A stretch of 64,000 bases of DNA from Candidatus Heimdallarchaeota archaeon (GCA_019057815.1 JAHLWR010000001.1:240233-304232); one strand, 5' to 3'. Counted from the first letter of the stretch, positions 30,317-41,485 are shown. Made by a program: numbers and translations. Notes: generated by a model not told the origin, from the sequence alone.

Positions 30317-31206
30317 TGAGCACTAAAATCATACAACAAGTTAGAAAAACGTTTGATTCTACGATTCCCAACTCTTCAAACTCATTTTTTTGTGGATTCC
30401 TTCAGACATTAAAACGAAATATTAAAATCATCTGGCAGTATAGATTCCTGCTGATTAAAGGATTTCTTAGCACATTAACAGTTGTGTCTCTATACTACTT
30501 TATTTCTTTACTTATAGAAAGTGGAATAATAGAAAATGATGGATATAGAATCTCCAGTGTGTCTTTTATTTTTGTTGGTATAATTATTGTTGAAATAACC
30601 GCTAAAACAATCACAAGTACTCTAGGTTCCTTTCAAAACGAAATGAGACAAGGTACCTTTGAAGCTTTAATCACAACACAGTTTGGTTTGAAGAAGTATA
30701 TATATGCGGAAACCTTTGCAGAGGTAGTCTACACTCTTGTTTTAAACATTATTTATTATATACCAGTTTTTTTCATTTTTCCACTTTTAAGAGACGTTTC
30801 AGTAACATTATCTTCATCATTAACAATTTTATTATTACTGTTTTTCACATTTGTTTTTTTTACTTCTTTAGCACTTGTAGGAGCAAATTTTACTGTTTTA
30901 ATTAAAAAAGGAAGGGAGATCTCCATGGTTATTGTTGGTTTTTTATTGTTATTAAGTGGAAGTTTGTTTCCTTTGAGCGTTTTTCCAAATTGGTTGAGAA
31001 TGATAGCACAAATTTCTCCTCTTACACAAGTAGTCAAGGCTATCCGTTTCTGTTTATTTGGGCAAGGAATAATAACTGATTCCATAGTATGGATTGCTCT
31101 ATTGGTTCTTGTAGCAGGTTCATTAATTCTCTTTGTAGTTTTCCAAATATTATTCAAATCAATCTACAAGAGGATACAACATAAAGGAACATTTCATGAA
31201 TACTGA
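30316..31206 (+). CDS. ABC-2 permease
   Basis: EMRQGTFE, SGSLFP..FP.W, SPLT. Confidence 0.85.
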   Translation: MSTKIIQQVRKTFDSTIPNSSNSFFCGFLQTLKRNIKIIWQYRFLLIKGFLSTLTVVSLYYFISLLIESGIIENDGYRISSVSFIFVGIIIVEITAKTITSTLGSFQNEMRQGTFEALITTQFGLKKYIYAETFAEVVYTLVLNIIYYIPVFFIFPLLRDVSVTLSSSLTILLLLFFTFVFFTSLALVGANFTVLIKKGREISMVIVGFLLLLSGSLFPLSVFPNWLRMIAQISPLTQVVKAIRFCLFGQGIITDSIVWIALLVLVAGSLILFVVFQILFKSIYKRIQHKGTFHEY

Positions 31207-31262
31207 AGAAAAAATGGTATCTTCTACTCCCCACAAATTCTATAAGTTAATAATTAATTGAA

Positions 31263-32126
31263 TTAATAATCAAATGATAATTGCGTGCCGACATGGCATG
31301 GTTTAACAATATTTTCTCCAAAGCGCGCTTTCAACTGTTCAATAATGTGGTTTCCTGTACAGTGATTTAGGTAGAGTTGGGGAGTCCCATAACGCGATTC
31401 AAGAATGTCACCAACATGAGTTACTTCATCTCCAGTAAAAGCTACCATATGTGTTCCACCTAAAATGGAATGGATTTTTTCGTCTTTATGGTTTTCAGCG
31501 ACTTGTTTGAGAACATTCAACAAACCTGCATGACAACAACCACAGATAAGAACTAAACCTTTTTTTGTTTTCAACACCAAAGAAAGATCATCTAACATTG
31601 GATCACGAACCCATTTTCTTCCCTCTTTGTGGATTAAACGTTCACTAGTTCCATCTCTTTCCTCTCTATTAAGAACAACTCCTGAAGTGTATAACCAAGG
31701 TGTTATTTGATAAGGTGTCTCAACAAATTTGAATTTAAGTTTTTTAAGTGGTTTTTTTTCAATTTTCGGCATCCCTATATCGTATTTATAAGAAAACCAG
31801 AACTTTTTTCCTCTTGCTTTTTTACTTTCCAAGATGGAGGGATGAGCAATGGTTAGCAGGGGATTCTGAGATTTCCTTAATCTTAATAATTCTTCTAAAC
31901 CACCAGTGTGGTCATAATGTCCATGACTAAAGACTAAGTAATCGATTGTACTGGAACTAATGTTCATCAAAGCAAAATTATGAAATAAGTCTTTACCATT
32001 CAATCCTGTATCATAAAGGATTTTTGTGCTTTCAGTTTCAATAAAAAATGACTGACCATGACCTTTTTTCAAGTTTGAACCTTGCATAGCAGTGTTGTTG
32101 TAAACGTTAGTAACAGTAATTTTCAT
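31263..32126 (-). CDS. MBL-fold metallo-hydrolase
   Basis: SHGHYDHTGG, GCCHAG, GGTH, HCTG. Confidence 0.88.
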   Translation of the reverse strand: MKITVTNVYNNTAMQGSNLKKGHGQSFFIETESTKILYDTGLNGKDLFHNFALMNISSSTIDYLVFSHGHYDHTGGLEELLRLRKSQNPLLTIAHPSILESKKARGKKFWFSYKYDIGMPKIEKKPLKKLKFKFVETPYQITPWLYTSGVVLNREERDGTSERLIHKEGRKWVRDPMLDDLSLVLKTKKGLVLICGCCHAGLLNVLKQVAENHKDEKIHSILGGTHMVAFTGDEVTHVGDILESRYGTPQLYLNHCTGNHIIEQLKARFGENIVKPCHVGTQLSFDY

Positions 32127-32326
32127 TGTTAAAACATTTTTTACTCATAATATTTAATTATATGCTACTATTTAGAATTTCAGAATGAGAAAGAACTGGA
32201 AAACTTTTGTCTGTTAATTAGGATTGATTATCATTTTTTCGTGGACTCTATCAACATTGCTACCATTAGGATAAAGGAAACTTCCTTCTTATTCTTCTAG
32301 AATAAACATTTATTTTTAGCAAATAA

Positions 32327-33040
32327 CTAAAAAGAGCTTGCAACTGCTATGTATATTGCTGTATAATGCAGTGAACCACCAAGTAAAACAAATAAATGCC
32401 ATATATCGTGGAATTCAAAAATGCCAGGTAAAGGCTTATTCTTGTTAAAGCTATGAATAATTGCACCTATTGTAAAAGAAAGACCACCTGCCAATACTAG
32501 CATAAGAGAAGAAATGGGTATATTAGCTATTAGCTGTTTGAAGGGTAAAACCGCCATCCATCCCATTGAAATATACATCCCCACTTCTACCCATCTAGGG
32601 AAATCTAAAACAAAAGGAGTCAGAATCAAACCCAAACCTACAATAGACCACTGTGCTATGATAATTCCCCATTTCCAAGCGCCATCTAAATAGATGTAAG
32701 CGATAGGAGTGTATGTTCCAGCAATCATAAAAAAAATAGCAATATGGTCAAATATCCGCCATAAATTGTATTCATCTTCCTTTTTCTTCAAAGAATGATA
32801 AAAAAAACTTGCAGCAAACAGTAAACAAATGGAGAAACCATAGACATATGTGACAATCATATTTGGAGTATTTCTTGCTAACCAAACTAACACAACAGAA
32901 CCTACTATAGAAGCAATCAAACCAACTAGGTGAGAGTATGCAGAGAATCTTTCCTTTTTTAGCAATGTTGTGTCAACTCTTTCTTTTCTAATATCAATGA
33001 GAGTGAAACCCTTATTCTTAAAGATTTCAATGAAACCCAT
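32327..33040 (-). CDS. Hemolysin III/PAQR family membrane protein
   Basis: SFFYH, DHIAIF..IAGTYTP, HDIWHLFV. Confidence 0.9.
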   Translation of the reverse strand: MGFIEIFKNKGFTLIDIRKERVDTTLLKKERFSAYSHLVGLIASIVGSVVLVWLARNTPNMIVTYVYGFSICLLFAASFFYHSLKKKEDEYNLWRIFDHIAIFFMIAGTYTPIAYIYLDGAWKWGIIIAQWSIVGLGLILTPFVLDFPRWVEVGMYISMGWMAVLPFKQLIANIPISSLMLVLAGGLSFTIGAIIHSFNKNKPLPGIFEFHDIWHLFVLLGGSLHYTAIYIAVASSF

Positions 33041-33099
33041 AAAAAAAGGTTTACAGTTTTTAAGCGCGCATTTTTCTAGAAATATTGCGATGCGATAGG

Positions 33100-33160
33100 T
33101 TTATATATCAGATTAAAGAATATACTATTGAACAAAAAGTTCAATACTCATAGTTCAATA
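33100..33160 (+). promoter_or_regulatory. Promoter with palindromic operator of heat-shock operon
   Basis: TATA (tttatata 33100-33107), perfect TATTGAAC-N5-GTTCAATA (33126-33146), extra half-site GTTCAATA (33153-33160). Confidence 0.7.
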
Positions 33161-33238
33161 CGAAACACTTCGGATAATTTGCTATAAACTTTTGGAAAAA
33201 AGGGGTTTATAGCAGAAAATTGAGATTGGTGATAATAT

Positions 33239-33901
33239 ATGAAAAAGAAGAAAAATATTGATAGTAATGGTTCCCCTGAAGGTTTTTATGAAGAAAGCAG
33301 GAGTGTAAGATTTTACTCCAATTTGAATGGGGGAGAAAATGAATATGGTTATGATTACAAACGTTCAGCTGATGGTAAGGAAGAATTTACAGAAATAGGT
33401 GACATACCAGCTGATTTCGGTATTGATTTTAATGAAAGAGTTAACAATCTTGATAGACAGTTTAGTGAATTTGGAAATATTTTAGCTAAATCTATTAACT
33501 CCGTGACAGGTCTTTTTCCAAGTTTTGCTGAATTCATGGGTAATATGGATTTACCTCGTCTTTTAATCGGTAAAGAACCTATTTTGAAACCTAGAAGTGA
33601 AGAACCATCTGTTTCTGATATCCCTTATGATATTCAACTAGATGATAATAAAAACGAATTATATGTTCTTGTGGAATTACCTGGTTTCTCAAAAGAAGAC
33701 GTTAAGATCAAATTAACAAAGAAAGGATTGTACCTTACTGGTGCTAATAGTAGTAAGCAAATTGAAACTACAATTCCCTTAGATAATGGGATAGACCCAA
33801 CTAGAAAGATTTCTGCTAGTCTAAGAAATGGGATTCTTGAAGTCAAAATGAAACTTCTCAATTCACAACACAAGGAAGGATTTGATATTTCTATTAACTA
33901 G
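33239..33901 (+). CDS. Small heat-shock protein Hsp20
   Basis: ELPGFSKEDV, ASLRNGILEV alpha-crystallin motifs. Confidence 0.88.
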   Translation: MKKKKNIDSNGSPEGFYEESRSVRFYSNLNGGENEYGYDYKRSADGKEEFTEIGDIPADFGIDFNERVNNLDRQFSEFGNILAKSINSVTGLFPSFAEFMGNMDLPRLLIGKEPILKPRSEEPSVSDIPYDIQLDDNKNELYVLVELPGFSKEDVKIKLTKKGLYLTGANSSKQIETTIPLDNGIDPTRKISASLRNGILEVKMKLLNSQHKEGFDISIN

Positions 33902-33927
33902 GTTTTCTAAAGTAAAGGTGAGTAATT

Positions 33928-36156
33928 ATGTCAACAGAAGAAGAAACTGGAAAACAACTCAGAGTAAAAGAATCACTACAAAGAGATGTAGGACGAGGCA
34001 TTGTGCGCATTTCCCAAGATGTTGCTGATGATTTACGCATTGGTAGTGGAGATATTATATGCATAAAAGGTTCTAAGAAAACATTCGCTCGTGCATGGAG
34101 AGGTATTCCTGAGGATTTTGGTAAAAACACTGTGCGTCTTGATCGTGTGATTAGAATGAATGCTGGCGTGGGGTTAGATGATAGAGTTACTGTCTTTAAA
34201 ACAGAAGCAAAAAAAGCCAAACGCTTAGTCTTTGCATTTACAGAAAGAGTTCAAGTTGCAGGAATTGAAAGTTGGTTAAAACAGAATCTTGAAGATCGTG
34301 TTTTATCGATTGGAGATGTTATACCAATCAGTCTAGGGATGGGACGGAGATTATATATTGGCGTAGCAAATATTGCTCCTGCTGTTGAAGTTGTGATTAT
34401 GACTTCTGAAACAGTCGTACAAATTAGCGATAAACCTCTAGAAGATGCCCAAGCAGTAGGTATTGAAAAGATTAGTTATGAAGATATTGGAGGTTTATCC
34501 GAAGAAATTAGTCGTGTTCGCGAAATGATTGAATTGCCTTTGCGCCATCCTGAACTCTTCAAACGTCTGGGTATAGAGCCACCAAAAGGAGTTCTTTTAC
34601 ATGGTCCTCCGGGAACAGGAAAAACGCTACTTGCTCGTGCTGTAGCTAATGAAACAGAAACTAGTTTCTATAACATTTCAGGTCCAGAAATTATGTCCAA
34701 ATTTTACGGAGAATCAGAGCAAAAATTGAGAGATCTTTTCAAAGAGGCTCAACAGAATGCTCCAAGCATCATTTTCATTGATGAAATCGATTCAATAGCT
34801 CCAAAACGAGAAGAAGTTACAGGAGAAGTTGAACGAAGAGTAGTTGCACAACTTTTATCCTTGATGGATGGTTTGGAATCTCGTGGAGAAGTTATTGTTA
34901 TAGGTGCCACTAATAGACAAAATGCACTAGATCCAGCCCTTCGTCGACCTGGAAGATTCGATAGAGAAATTGAAATTGGAATCCCAGATCGTGACGGTAG
35001 ATATGAGGTTCTACTTATTCATACTCGTGGTATGCCATTGGCGGAAGATGTTGATTTAGGTATATTTGCTGATAAAACTCATGGTTTTGTTGGAGCCGAC
35101 CTTTCAGCCTTAGTAAAAGAAGCTGCTATGCAATCTCTTCGACGTGTTTTGCCAGAAATTAATCTAGAGGATGATGAGGTACCCTTAGAGATACTTCAAA
35201 AAATTGATGTTCAAAAACAGGATTTTCTAACTGCTTTAAGAACTATTGAACCATCTGCATTAAGGGAGGTTTTTGTTGAGATTCCAGATGTCGAATGGGG
35301 AGATATTGGAGGTTTGGATGAAGTCAAGGCTGAATTGAGACGAGCAGTTGAATGGCCTTTAAAATATAAGGATTTATACTCTACTATGAAAGCTGAATCA
35401 CCTAAAGGAATCCTTCTATACGGTGCTCCAGGAACTGGAAAAACTCTGCTTGCAAAAGCTGTTGCTAACGAATCAGAGGCTAATTTCATAAGTGTTAAGG
35501 GACCGGAGATTTTATCGAAGTGGGTTGGAGAGAGTGAAAAAGCTATAAGAGAAATTTTCCGTAAAGCACGACAAGCAGCCCCATGTATAATATTCTTAGA
35601 TGAAATTGATTCTATAACTCCAGTGAGAGGTAGAAGTACAGATTCAGGAGTTACAGAGAGAGTAATAAGTCAACTCTTAACTGAGTTGGATGGATTAGAA
35701 GAATTAAGAGGAGTTATAGTTATAGGTGCAACTAATAGGCCAGATATGGTCGATACCGCACTTTTGCGACCTGGAAGATTTGATAGACTTGTTCTCGTTC
35801 CTAATCCAAACTTCAAGGCTAGAAAGCAGATTTTCGAAATACATTTACAAGATGTACCAAGAGCTGATGACGTTAATATTGAAGAGTTAGCTAAGGAAAC
35901 AGAAGGGTTTAATGGTGCGGATATAGCGGCTATAAGCAGTGAAGCTAAATTAAGTGCAATAAAGAAATATGTTGAAAAACATTCTACAGAGCTTGAAAAA
36001 GGAGGTACTATAGATCCTGAAGAATGTGACTGCAAGATTAATCAACAAATTCTTCTAGAATCATTAGAACAAGTTAAACCCGCAGACAAAAGAGCTAAGG
36101 CTATTAAAAAGGATATTCATAAAAAATCAGAGGATGAAGATTTGGGATTCGTATAA
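33928..36156 (+). CDS. cdc48: Cdc48/VAT/p97 AAA+ ATPase
   Basis: N-domain plus two AAA modules ([23 protein letters not shown] x2). Confidence 0.96.
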   Translation: MSTEEETGKQLRVKESLQRDVGRGIVRISQDVADDLRIGSGDIICIKGSKKTFARAWRGIPEDFGKNTVRLDRVIRMNAGVGLDDRVTVFKTEAKKAKRLVFAFTERVQVAGIESWLKQNLEDRVLSIGDVIPISLGMGRRLYIGVANIAPAVEVVIMTSETVVQISDKPLEDAQAVGIEKISYEDIGGLSEEISRVREMIELPLRHPELFKRLGIEPPKGVLLHGPPGTGKTLLARAVANETETSFYNISGPEIMSKFYGESEQKLRDLFKEAQQNAPSIIFIDEIDSIAPKREEVTGEVERRVVAQLLSLMDGLESRGEVIVIGATNRQNALDPALRRPGRFDREIEIGIPDRDGRYEVLLIHTRGMPLAEDVDLGIFADKTHGFVGADLSALVKEAAMQSLRRVLPEINLEDDEVPLEILQKIDVQKQDFLTALRTIEPSALREVFVEIPDVEWGDIGGLDEVKAELRRAVEWPLKYKDLYSTMKAESPKGILLYGAPGTGKTLLAKAVANESEANFISVKGPEILSKWVGESEKAIREIFRKARQAAPCIIFLDEIDSITPVRGRSTDSGVTERVISQLLTELDGLEELRGVIVIGATNRPDMVDTALLRPGRFDRLVLVPNPNFKARKQIFEIHLQDVPRADDVNIEELAKETEGFNGADIAAISSEAKLSAIKKYVEKHSTELEKGGTIDPEECDCKINQQILLESLEQVKPADKRAKAIKKDIHKKSEDEDLGFV

Positions 36157-36177
36157 AATCCCAACTAGGTGATACTA

Positions 36178-36900
36178 ATGTCAAGAGCGAGTGGTGATAA
36201 CAATCTTGATTTCGACGCAATTTTGGATATTTTATCCAGTACAACTAGAAGAAAAATACTTCAATTGTTAACGACTGAAGACTTATATCCATTTCAAATT
36301 TCAAGGATTCTCGATATTTCACCTCGGATAATTGGAAAATATATTGATGAGCTTGTAGAACTTGGTATAGTTGAGACTTATGAAAGTGAAAGAATAAAAG
36401 GTCCTTCTCGCAGATATGCAAAACTCAACAAATCTTTTTCCTTTATTATTGATATCAGTCCTAGCAATTTTTCATGGAAGATTGTTCCAATTGATAATAT
36501 TGTAGTAGAAACAATTGAGGAAGAGAAAGAAATAATTGTTAGTAAAGAAACCAGTAACGAAATACTGGAAATAAGAGATTGCATTAGAACAAAAATAGAA
36601 GACATAGAATTAATAAATGAAAAGCGTAAAAAGCTAGTTCGCGAAGTTAATGAGGCTTATAGTCGTTTTAATAAGATACTTGACTCTATTGTTAGTGATT
36701 ATTATGATAGAGAGATTATGAGAGCTCTCTTTAAAGTCATTGTAAATAAATCTAGTAATGAAATTTCACTAGTTGAACTTGCAAATGAAACACGAATGTG
36801 GCAAGGAACACTAGTAGAAAGAATTACTATCCTTGCTAGAGAAACAAAACTTGTTAAAATTGTTCAAGACAAAAAAGGTGTGATTTGGTTTTCAATCTAA
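36178..36900 (+). CDS. wHTH transcriptional regulator, HSR1/Phr-like heat-shock repressor
   Basis: TRRKILQLL HTH, GPSRRYA wing, coiled-coil C-terminus; operonic with hsp20 and cdc48. Confidence 0.75.
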   Translation: MSRASGDNNLDFDAILDILSSTTRRKILQLLTTEDLYPFQISRILDISPRIIGKYIDELVELGIVETYESERIKGPSRRYAKLNKSFSFIIDISPSNFSWKIVPIDNIVVETIEEEKEIIVSKETSNEILEIRDCIRTKIEDIELINEKRKKLVREVNEAYSRFNKILDSIVSDYYDREIMRALFKVIVNKSSNEISLVELANETRMWQGTLVERITILARETKLVKIVQDKKGVIWFSI

Positions 36901-36930
36901 TATCTTAAATTCTCTTTCGGAATTTTTTAT

Positions 36931-38301
36931 TTGGCTATCAACTTGAAAACGCATCATATTAAGATACTACATATTGGGTTTGATGACACTGACTCTCTTA
37001 AAGGGAGCTGTACAACTCATTTAGCTGTGCTTATTATTGAAAAAATTTCAAGAAATGTTACATTCAAAGATTATCCAAGATTAATCCGTAATAATCCCAA
37101 TATTCCTTGGAAAACCAGAGGAAATGCGGGAATATGTTTATCATTAGAAGTAGAAGAAGAGCTAATAGATTCAATCATTGAAACGGCAATTGAAACTTTG
37201 GAAAAGTACTACCAAAAAGATCCAAAAACTAATCCAGGTTTTGTAGTCATTACTGGTCAAATTCCAGAAATACTCAAAGAATTCTCAATTAGAGCTTTAA
37301 CAGATGTTATTTCCATTTCTGAAGCTAAAAAAATAGCGAAACAATATTGTTATGCTTCATATTTTATTGGTAATGGTCGAGGGTTGATTGGAGCTCTTGC
37401 AGTAGTAGGAAACCAACTTAAGCCCTTTGAAGAAGACTACACTTACGAATTGCTTACTTATAGAAAATTAGAATTCATTGGTACTAAAAGGCAAATAGAT
37501 GAAGAATCAGTTAAGATGATGGATGCAAAGTTAGCTCCTTTCGTTTTTAATAATATCGATGAAGAAAAAGGCAAGGTTCTTATTTCTCCAACAGGATTAG
37601 ATCCTGTTTTTTATGGGGTTAGAGGTGAAGATCCTTCTATTTTGTTAGAAGCAAAAAATTTAATCAAATCTAAAGAAATAATTGAAAAATATTGCATTTT
37701 TCGTACCAATCAAGGAACAGATCAACATTTCAAATATGCAGATCATTCAATCAGGAATTTCAATGTCTTCAGTGGAGAAATCGAAGTAATAGATTATCCC
37801 AAAACAGAAGTAGGAGGGCATGTTTTTTTCAAGGCAAAAGTACTTCTCAGCAGCAAAACGGTAAATGTAACAGCCTTTGAACCGACTAAAAGCTTTCGAA
37901 GAGTTATTCGTCAATTAATCCCTGGAGACAGGTTAAAAGCTTATGGTGGGTTAAGATATTTTAGCAAGAAGGGTGAAAAATTCAATTTACAACTAGAAAA
38001 ATGCGAAGTTACTTTTCTTGCAGAACATTTTCATGAGGAAAGTCCACTTTGTCAACAATGTGGTAAAAGAATGACTAGTAATGGACTAAATAAGGGGTAC
38101 AAATGTCGGAATTGTGGATTAAAAAACCGTACCATTAAAAAAAGTTTAGTGCCAATTGAAAGGAAAATCTCAGAAGGCATGTATATTCCTCCAGCACAAG
38201 CTCAGAGACACTTAGTCAAACCTTTAAGGAGATATGAAATCCAAGAGAAAGAAGGTTTTGAGATTATTCAAAATTTTTGGGGAAAAAGGAGATCTCAATG
38301 A
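36931..38301 (+). CDS. tiaS: tRNA(Ile2) agmatidine synthetase
   Basis: GFDDTDS..G.CTT, NPNIPWKTRGN, TNQGTD.H, AFEPTK, CxxC...CxxC, RHL.KP. Confidence 0.93.
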   Translation: MAINLKTHHIKILHIGFDDTDSLKGSCTTHLAVLIIEKISRNVTFKDYPRLIRNNPNIPWKTRGNAGICLSLEVEEELIDSIIETAIETLEKYYQKDPKTNPGFVVITGQIPEILKEFSIRALTDVISISEAKKIAKQYCYASYFIGNGRGLIGALAVVGNQLKPFEEDYTYELLTYRKLEFIGTKRQIDEESVKMMDAKLAPFVFNNIDEEKGKVLISPTGLDPVFYGVRGEDPSILLEAKNLIKSKEIIEKYCIFRTNQGTDQHFKYADHSIRNFNVFSGEIEVIDYPKTEVGGHVFFKAKVLLSSKTVNVTAFEPTKSFRRVIRQLIPGDRLKAYGGLRYFSKKGEKFNLQLEKCEVTFLAEHFHEESPLCQQCGKRMTSNGLNKGYKCRNCGLKNRTIKKSLVPIERKISEGMYIPPAQAQRHLVKPLRRYEIQEKEGFEIIQNFWGKRRSQ

Positions 38302-38312
38302 GTTGAAAGATT

Positions 38313-38390
38313 CTCTCCCCCCAGGAGCGTGTTTGAACTAGCTGAGCTTGGTTGTAAGAAATAGTACTCAGCCAAGACAATAAGGGAGAG
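38313..38390 (-). ncRNA. Putative structured RNA / 3' UTR hairpin downstream of infB
   Basis: On the minus strand CUCUCCCUU pairs with GGGGGAGAG and UUGGCUGAG with CUCAGCUAG (G-U wobbles work only on this strand); GC-rich relative to flanks. Confidence 0.45.
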
Positions 38391-38416
38391 GAGATATATA
38401 AATGTAACGTGGTAAC

Positions 38417-40225
38417 TTACCATCCCCAGTACTTACTTGTAGTTTCACGTTTTATTTTTGCCAATTCTTCTAGAACTAGTATGTCATCAGATGATATCAT
38501 ATCCTTATACCTTACCATGAGTAAAACAGCATGCTTTTCAGGCACATCGATGTATAAAGTGTCCCCTTCTCTTATTTGTCTTCCTACAGTTGGTCCTCTT
38601 AGTGAAATCGCTACTTGCTTTCCTTTAGTTGCTTCTTGTGTCGATTCCCTATTGTCTTGTATTTGTTGAATTCTTCCAACTCTTCTATTATCTTCTCTAA
38701 TAAGCATTAATTTAGTTTTAATTCTTCCACCCAGAACTTCAACTCCAACTATAGCCGGTTTATTCGCCCTAAAAGTGTGATTTGGTAAAAGGATTATTTT
38801 TCCGGGCAGGATGAGATCTTTCAACGATTCAGCTTTGATTGCTTCTTTTTGATCTATCATCCATCTCTCATAATCATCGATTAAATTGTAAATCACATCG
38901 TCTTTGAAGACTTTTAAATCGTTCACTTCTATCTCTTCGCTAGCATCTGGGAGAATGTCAACATTGAAGCAGAGTAAAGCTCCGTGTTCGGGTGTTTTAT
39001 CTGCTACTATTGCTGCATCTATTGCATCTTTCTTTGTTACATCTCCAACATCAGCTTTTTGAATAGGAATATTTCTTTCTTTTAACATATCGACAATTGC
39101 TTCTAGACTGCCAAGAGTGTCAACTTTTACTATAATACCACTATCTTTTGTCTCGATTCTAAAGCTTTCAAGTTCCTCAGCAACTTCATTTAAAATGGTT
39201 TGCTCTTCTCCAGGAGGGGCAACACGTACAGGTGCTCCTGATAACGAATCCTCCAACCCAGGAGCACTGATTTTCAAACCAGCAGAAGCAAAAACATAAT
39301 CAACTGGCTTAAATTTATCTCGAGGATCTCTCATTTCATCCAACTCTTTTGGCTGAAGAAGAGCTCTAATATTCAGAAGTTTAGGTTCTTGCCTTCCCCC
39401 AACTACTATTTTATCTTTTTTTCGAATAACACCGTCATAAAGAATGACATCAATTGTTGTACCTAATCCCTCTACTTCTTTAACTTCTAAAACAGTGCCT
39501 TTTCCAGGTCCTTCGCTATACTCAAGTCGTTGCATCATAAATTGTTGAGTGATTCCTGCAAGAACTAAAAATAAATCAGGAATCCCTTCTCCTGTTTTGG
39601 CACTGGTTGGAATAATTGCTACTTTTTTTCTAAAATCTTCGATTTTATCATATCTGTCAGATTCATAACCAAGCTCAGCTAGTTCACCCATTATCTCATA
39701 TATTCGATTATCCAAATCTTCAGCAGCTTTAGGAATCTGTTTTCTGTAGGTTTCGCTAAAAGAAGCCCCATTAACACTCTTCCAAGCAGATATACGATCA
39801 ATTTTATTAGCTGCTATAATAAAAGGAACTTTACGCACTTTTAATATATCCATACTCTCATAAGTTTGAGCTTGAAAACCACGAGTTAGGTCAACAACAA
39901 GAATAGCAATATCAGCTACTGATGCTCCCCGTTTGCGTAAATTAGTAAATACTTGATGACCAGGAGTATCAACAATCAATATACCAGGAAGACCAAGTTC
40001 AATATTTGCCTTTTGAAGCAGGTTTCCACAGGCTTCCAAAACAGTCTCTGCAGGAAAGTAAGATGCTCCAACATGTTGAGTGATTCCAGCAGCTTCACGT
40101 GCTTGAACAGCAGTACCACGAACCTTGTCTAGCAAACTTGTTTTGCCAGAATCAACATGCCCAAGAATAACTGAAATCGGGCTTCTTAGTCTTTTACCTG
40201 TTTTTTCATCTATTACCTTTGACAT
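38417..40225 (-). CDS. infB: Translation initiation factor aIF5B (IF-2)
   Basis: GHVDSGKT, GITQHVGA, DTPGH, NKID. Confidence 0.96.
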   Translation of the reverse strand: MSKVIDEKTGKRLRSPISVILGHVDSGKTSLLDKVRGTAVQAREAAGITQHVGASYFPAETVLEACGNLLQKANIELGLPGILIVDTPGHQVFTNLRKRGASVADIAILVVDLTRGFQAQTYESMDILKVRKVPFIIAANKIDRISAWKSVNGASFSETYRKQIPKAAEDLDNRIYEIMGELAELGYESDRYDKIEDFRKKVAIIPTSAKTGEGIPDLFLVLAGITQQFMMQRLEYSEGPGKGTVLEVKEVEGLGTTIDVILYDGVIRKKDKIVVGGRQEPKLLNIRALLQPKELDEMRDPRDKFKPVDYVFASAGLKISAPGLEDSLSGAPVRVAPPGEEQTILNEVAEELESFRIETKDSGIIVKVDTLGSLEAIVDMLKERNIPIQKADVGDVTKKDAIDAAIVADKTPEHGALLCFNVDILPDASEEIEVNDLKVFKDDVIYNLIDDYERWMIDQKEAIKAESLKDLILPGKIILLPNHTFRANKPAIVGVEVLGGRIKTKLMLIREDNRRVGRIQQIQDNRESTQEATKGKQVAISLRGPTVGRQIREGDTLYIDVPEKHAVLLMVRYKDMISSDDILVLEELAKIKRETTSKYWGW

Positions 40226-40555
40226 AATTATCCCTTTGATCTTCTCAGTTTGTTATTATTGAGTTCCAGTCATATTTACAACATTCTCACACTCTTTCGA
40301 GAGGATTGAAATAAAAAGAAATTGGTTCAATAGAGAAAAACTTCAACAAAAAACTAAGGGTTTCAGTATTTTTTTCCCAGAAAAGTGAATTAAATATAAT
40401 TTTTTTCAAGACCCAAAAGACTTTTTTAAATTCCAGAATTATCTATAGGAGAATCAGTTTTGTTATTGGAGAATTAATAGCTACAATCATTCTACTGAAA
40501 AAGTGTAAAATATTTGCAAAGAAGAAGTAAGTAAAATAGTGAAATAAAAAAGGGT

Positions 40556-41005
40556 TTATTCGTAAAGCCATTCTTCATCTATTTTATTATACTCTACAAA
40601 TTCCTTTTCACTAAAATAGATTTTATATTCATAAATAGCATTTTCTGGGGAATCACCAGCATGAATAATATTTCTACCAATTTCTAATGCAAGGTCTCCT
40701 CGAATAGAGCCGGGGACTGCATCAGTAGGATTAGTAGCTCCAACAATTTTTCTTGTAACCCTAACCGCATCCTTACCCTCAACAACAATTGCAACAACAG
40801 GACCACACGTTATGTGTTCTAATAAACCATCATAGAATGGTTTCCCTTTATGAATCGCATAATGTTGTTTAGCTTGCGCTAAAGATACTTTAAGCAGTTT
40901 CAGTCCAATTATTTTAAAACCCACATTTTCGATTCTTTTCACAACTTCTCCAATTAATCCTCTTTGGACACCATCAGGTTTTATCATTATAAATTCTCTT
41001 TCCAT
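40556..41005 (-). CDS. ndk: Nucleoside diphosphate kinase
   Basis: IKPDGVQR, PGSIRGD, NIIHAGDS. Confidence 0.96.
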   Translation of the reverse strand: MEREFIMIKPDGVQRGLIGEVVKRIENVGFKIIGLKLLKVSLAQAKQHYAIHKGKPFYDGLLEHITCGPVVAIVVEGKDAVRVTRKIVGATNPTDAVPGSIRGDLALEIGRNIIHAGDSPENAIYEYKIYFSEKEFVEYNKIDEEWLYE

Positions 41006-41046
41006 TTATATCACCATAAAAATAAAATATTGAAAAAAGGGAGTGT

Positions 41047-41235
41047 TTACAAAATTTTTCTCTCGTATTTAGCACTCCACTTCAACTTCTTTGGATCGCG
41101 TTTTAATTTTAATTGAGATTTTTTGCATTTATTTGAACAGAAGTTCAATACTGAGCCTGATCTTTGAACATAAATCATACCGTAACCTTGGTTGTATTCT
41201 TTTCCACAAAATGAGCATTTTCGTACAATAACCAT
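41047..41235 (-). CDS. rpl24e: 50S ribosomal protein L24e
   Basis: CSFCG...FCSNKC...W. Confidence 0.95.
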   Translation of the reverse strand: MVIVRKCSFCGKEYNQGYGMIYVQRSGSVLNFCSNKCKKSQLKLKRDPKKLKWSAKYERKIL

Positions 41236-41247
41236 TTTTTCATCACC

Positions 41248-41472
41248 TTAACGTTTTCTAATTTTCTTAGCTTCCCGCTCTGTTTCTCTTAGCATTATGA
41301 TATCCCCTTTTCGCACGGGACCTTTCAAGTTTCTCGTTAAGATACGATTTTTATCTCTACCTTCGAGAACCTTAACTCTTGCTTGAATAACTTCTCCAAC
41401 GCTACCTGTACGGTTGAGTACTTGAATTACTTCAGCGGGAGTAGCTTCATCACCATAAGACGCTTTGCTCAT
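41248..41472 (-). CDS. rps28e: 30S ribosomal protein S28e
   Basis: [24 protein letters not shown]. Confidence 0.96.
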   Translation of the reverse strand: MSKASYGDEATPAEVIQVLNRTGSVGEVIQARVKVLEGRDKNRILTRNLKGPVRKGDIIMLRETEREAKKIRKR

Positions 41473-41485
41473 TATTCTTCACCAG

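Noticed and set aside
38334-39686. Invertible DNA segment bounded by the 20-nt inverted repeat
   Set aside because: Inversion would break the essential infB gene and no recombinase is nearby; an RNA-level explanation is preferred.
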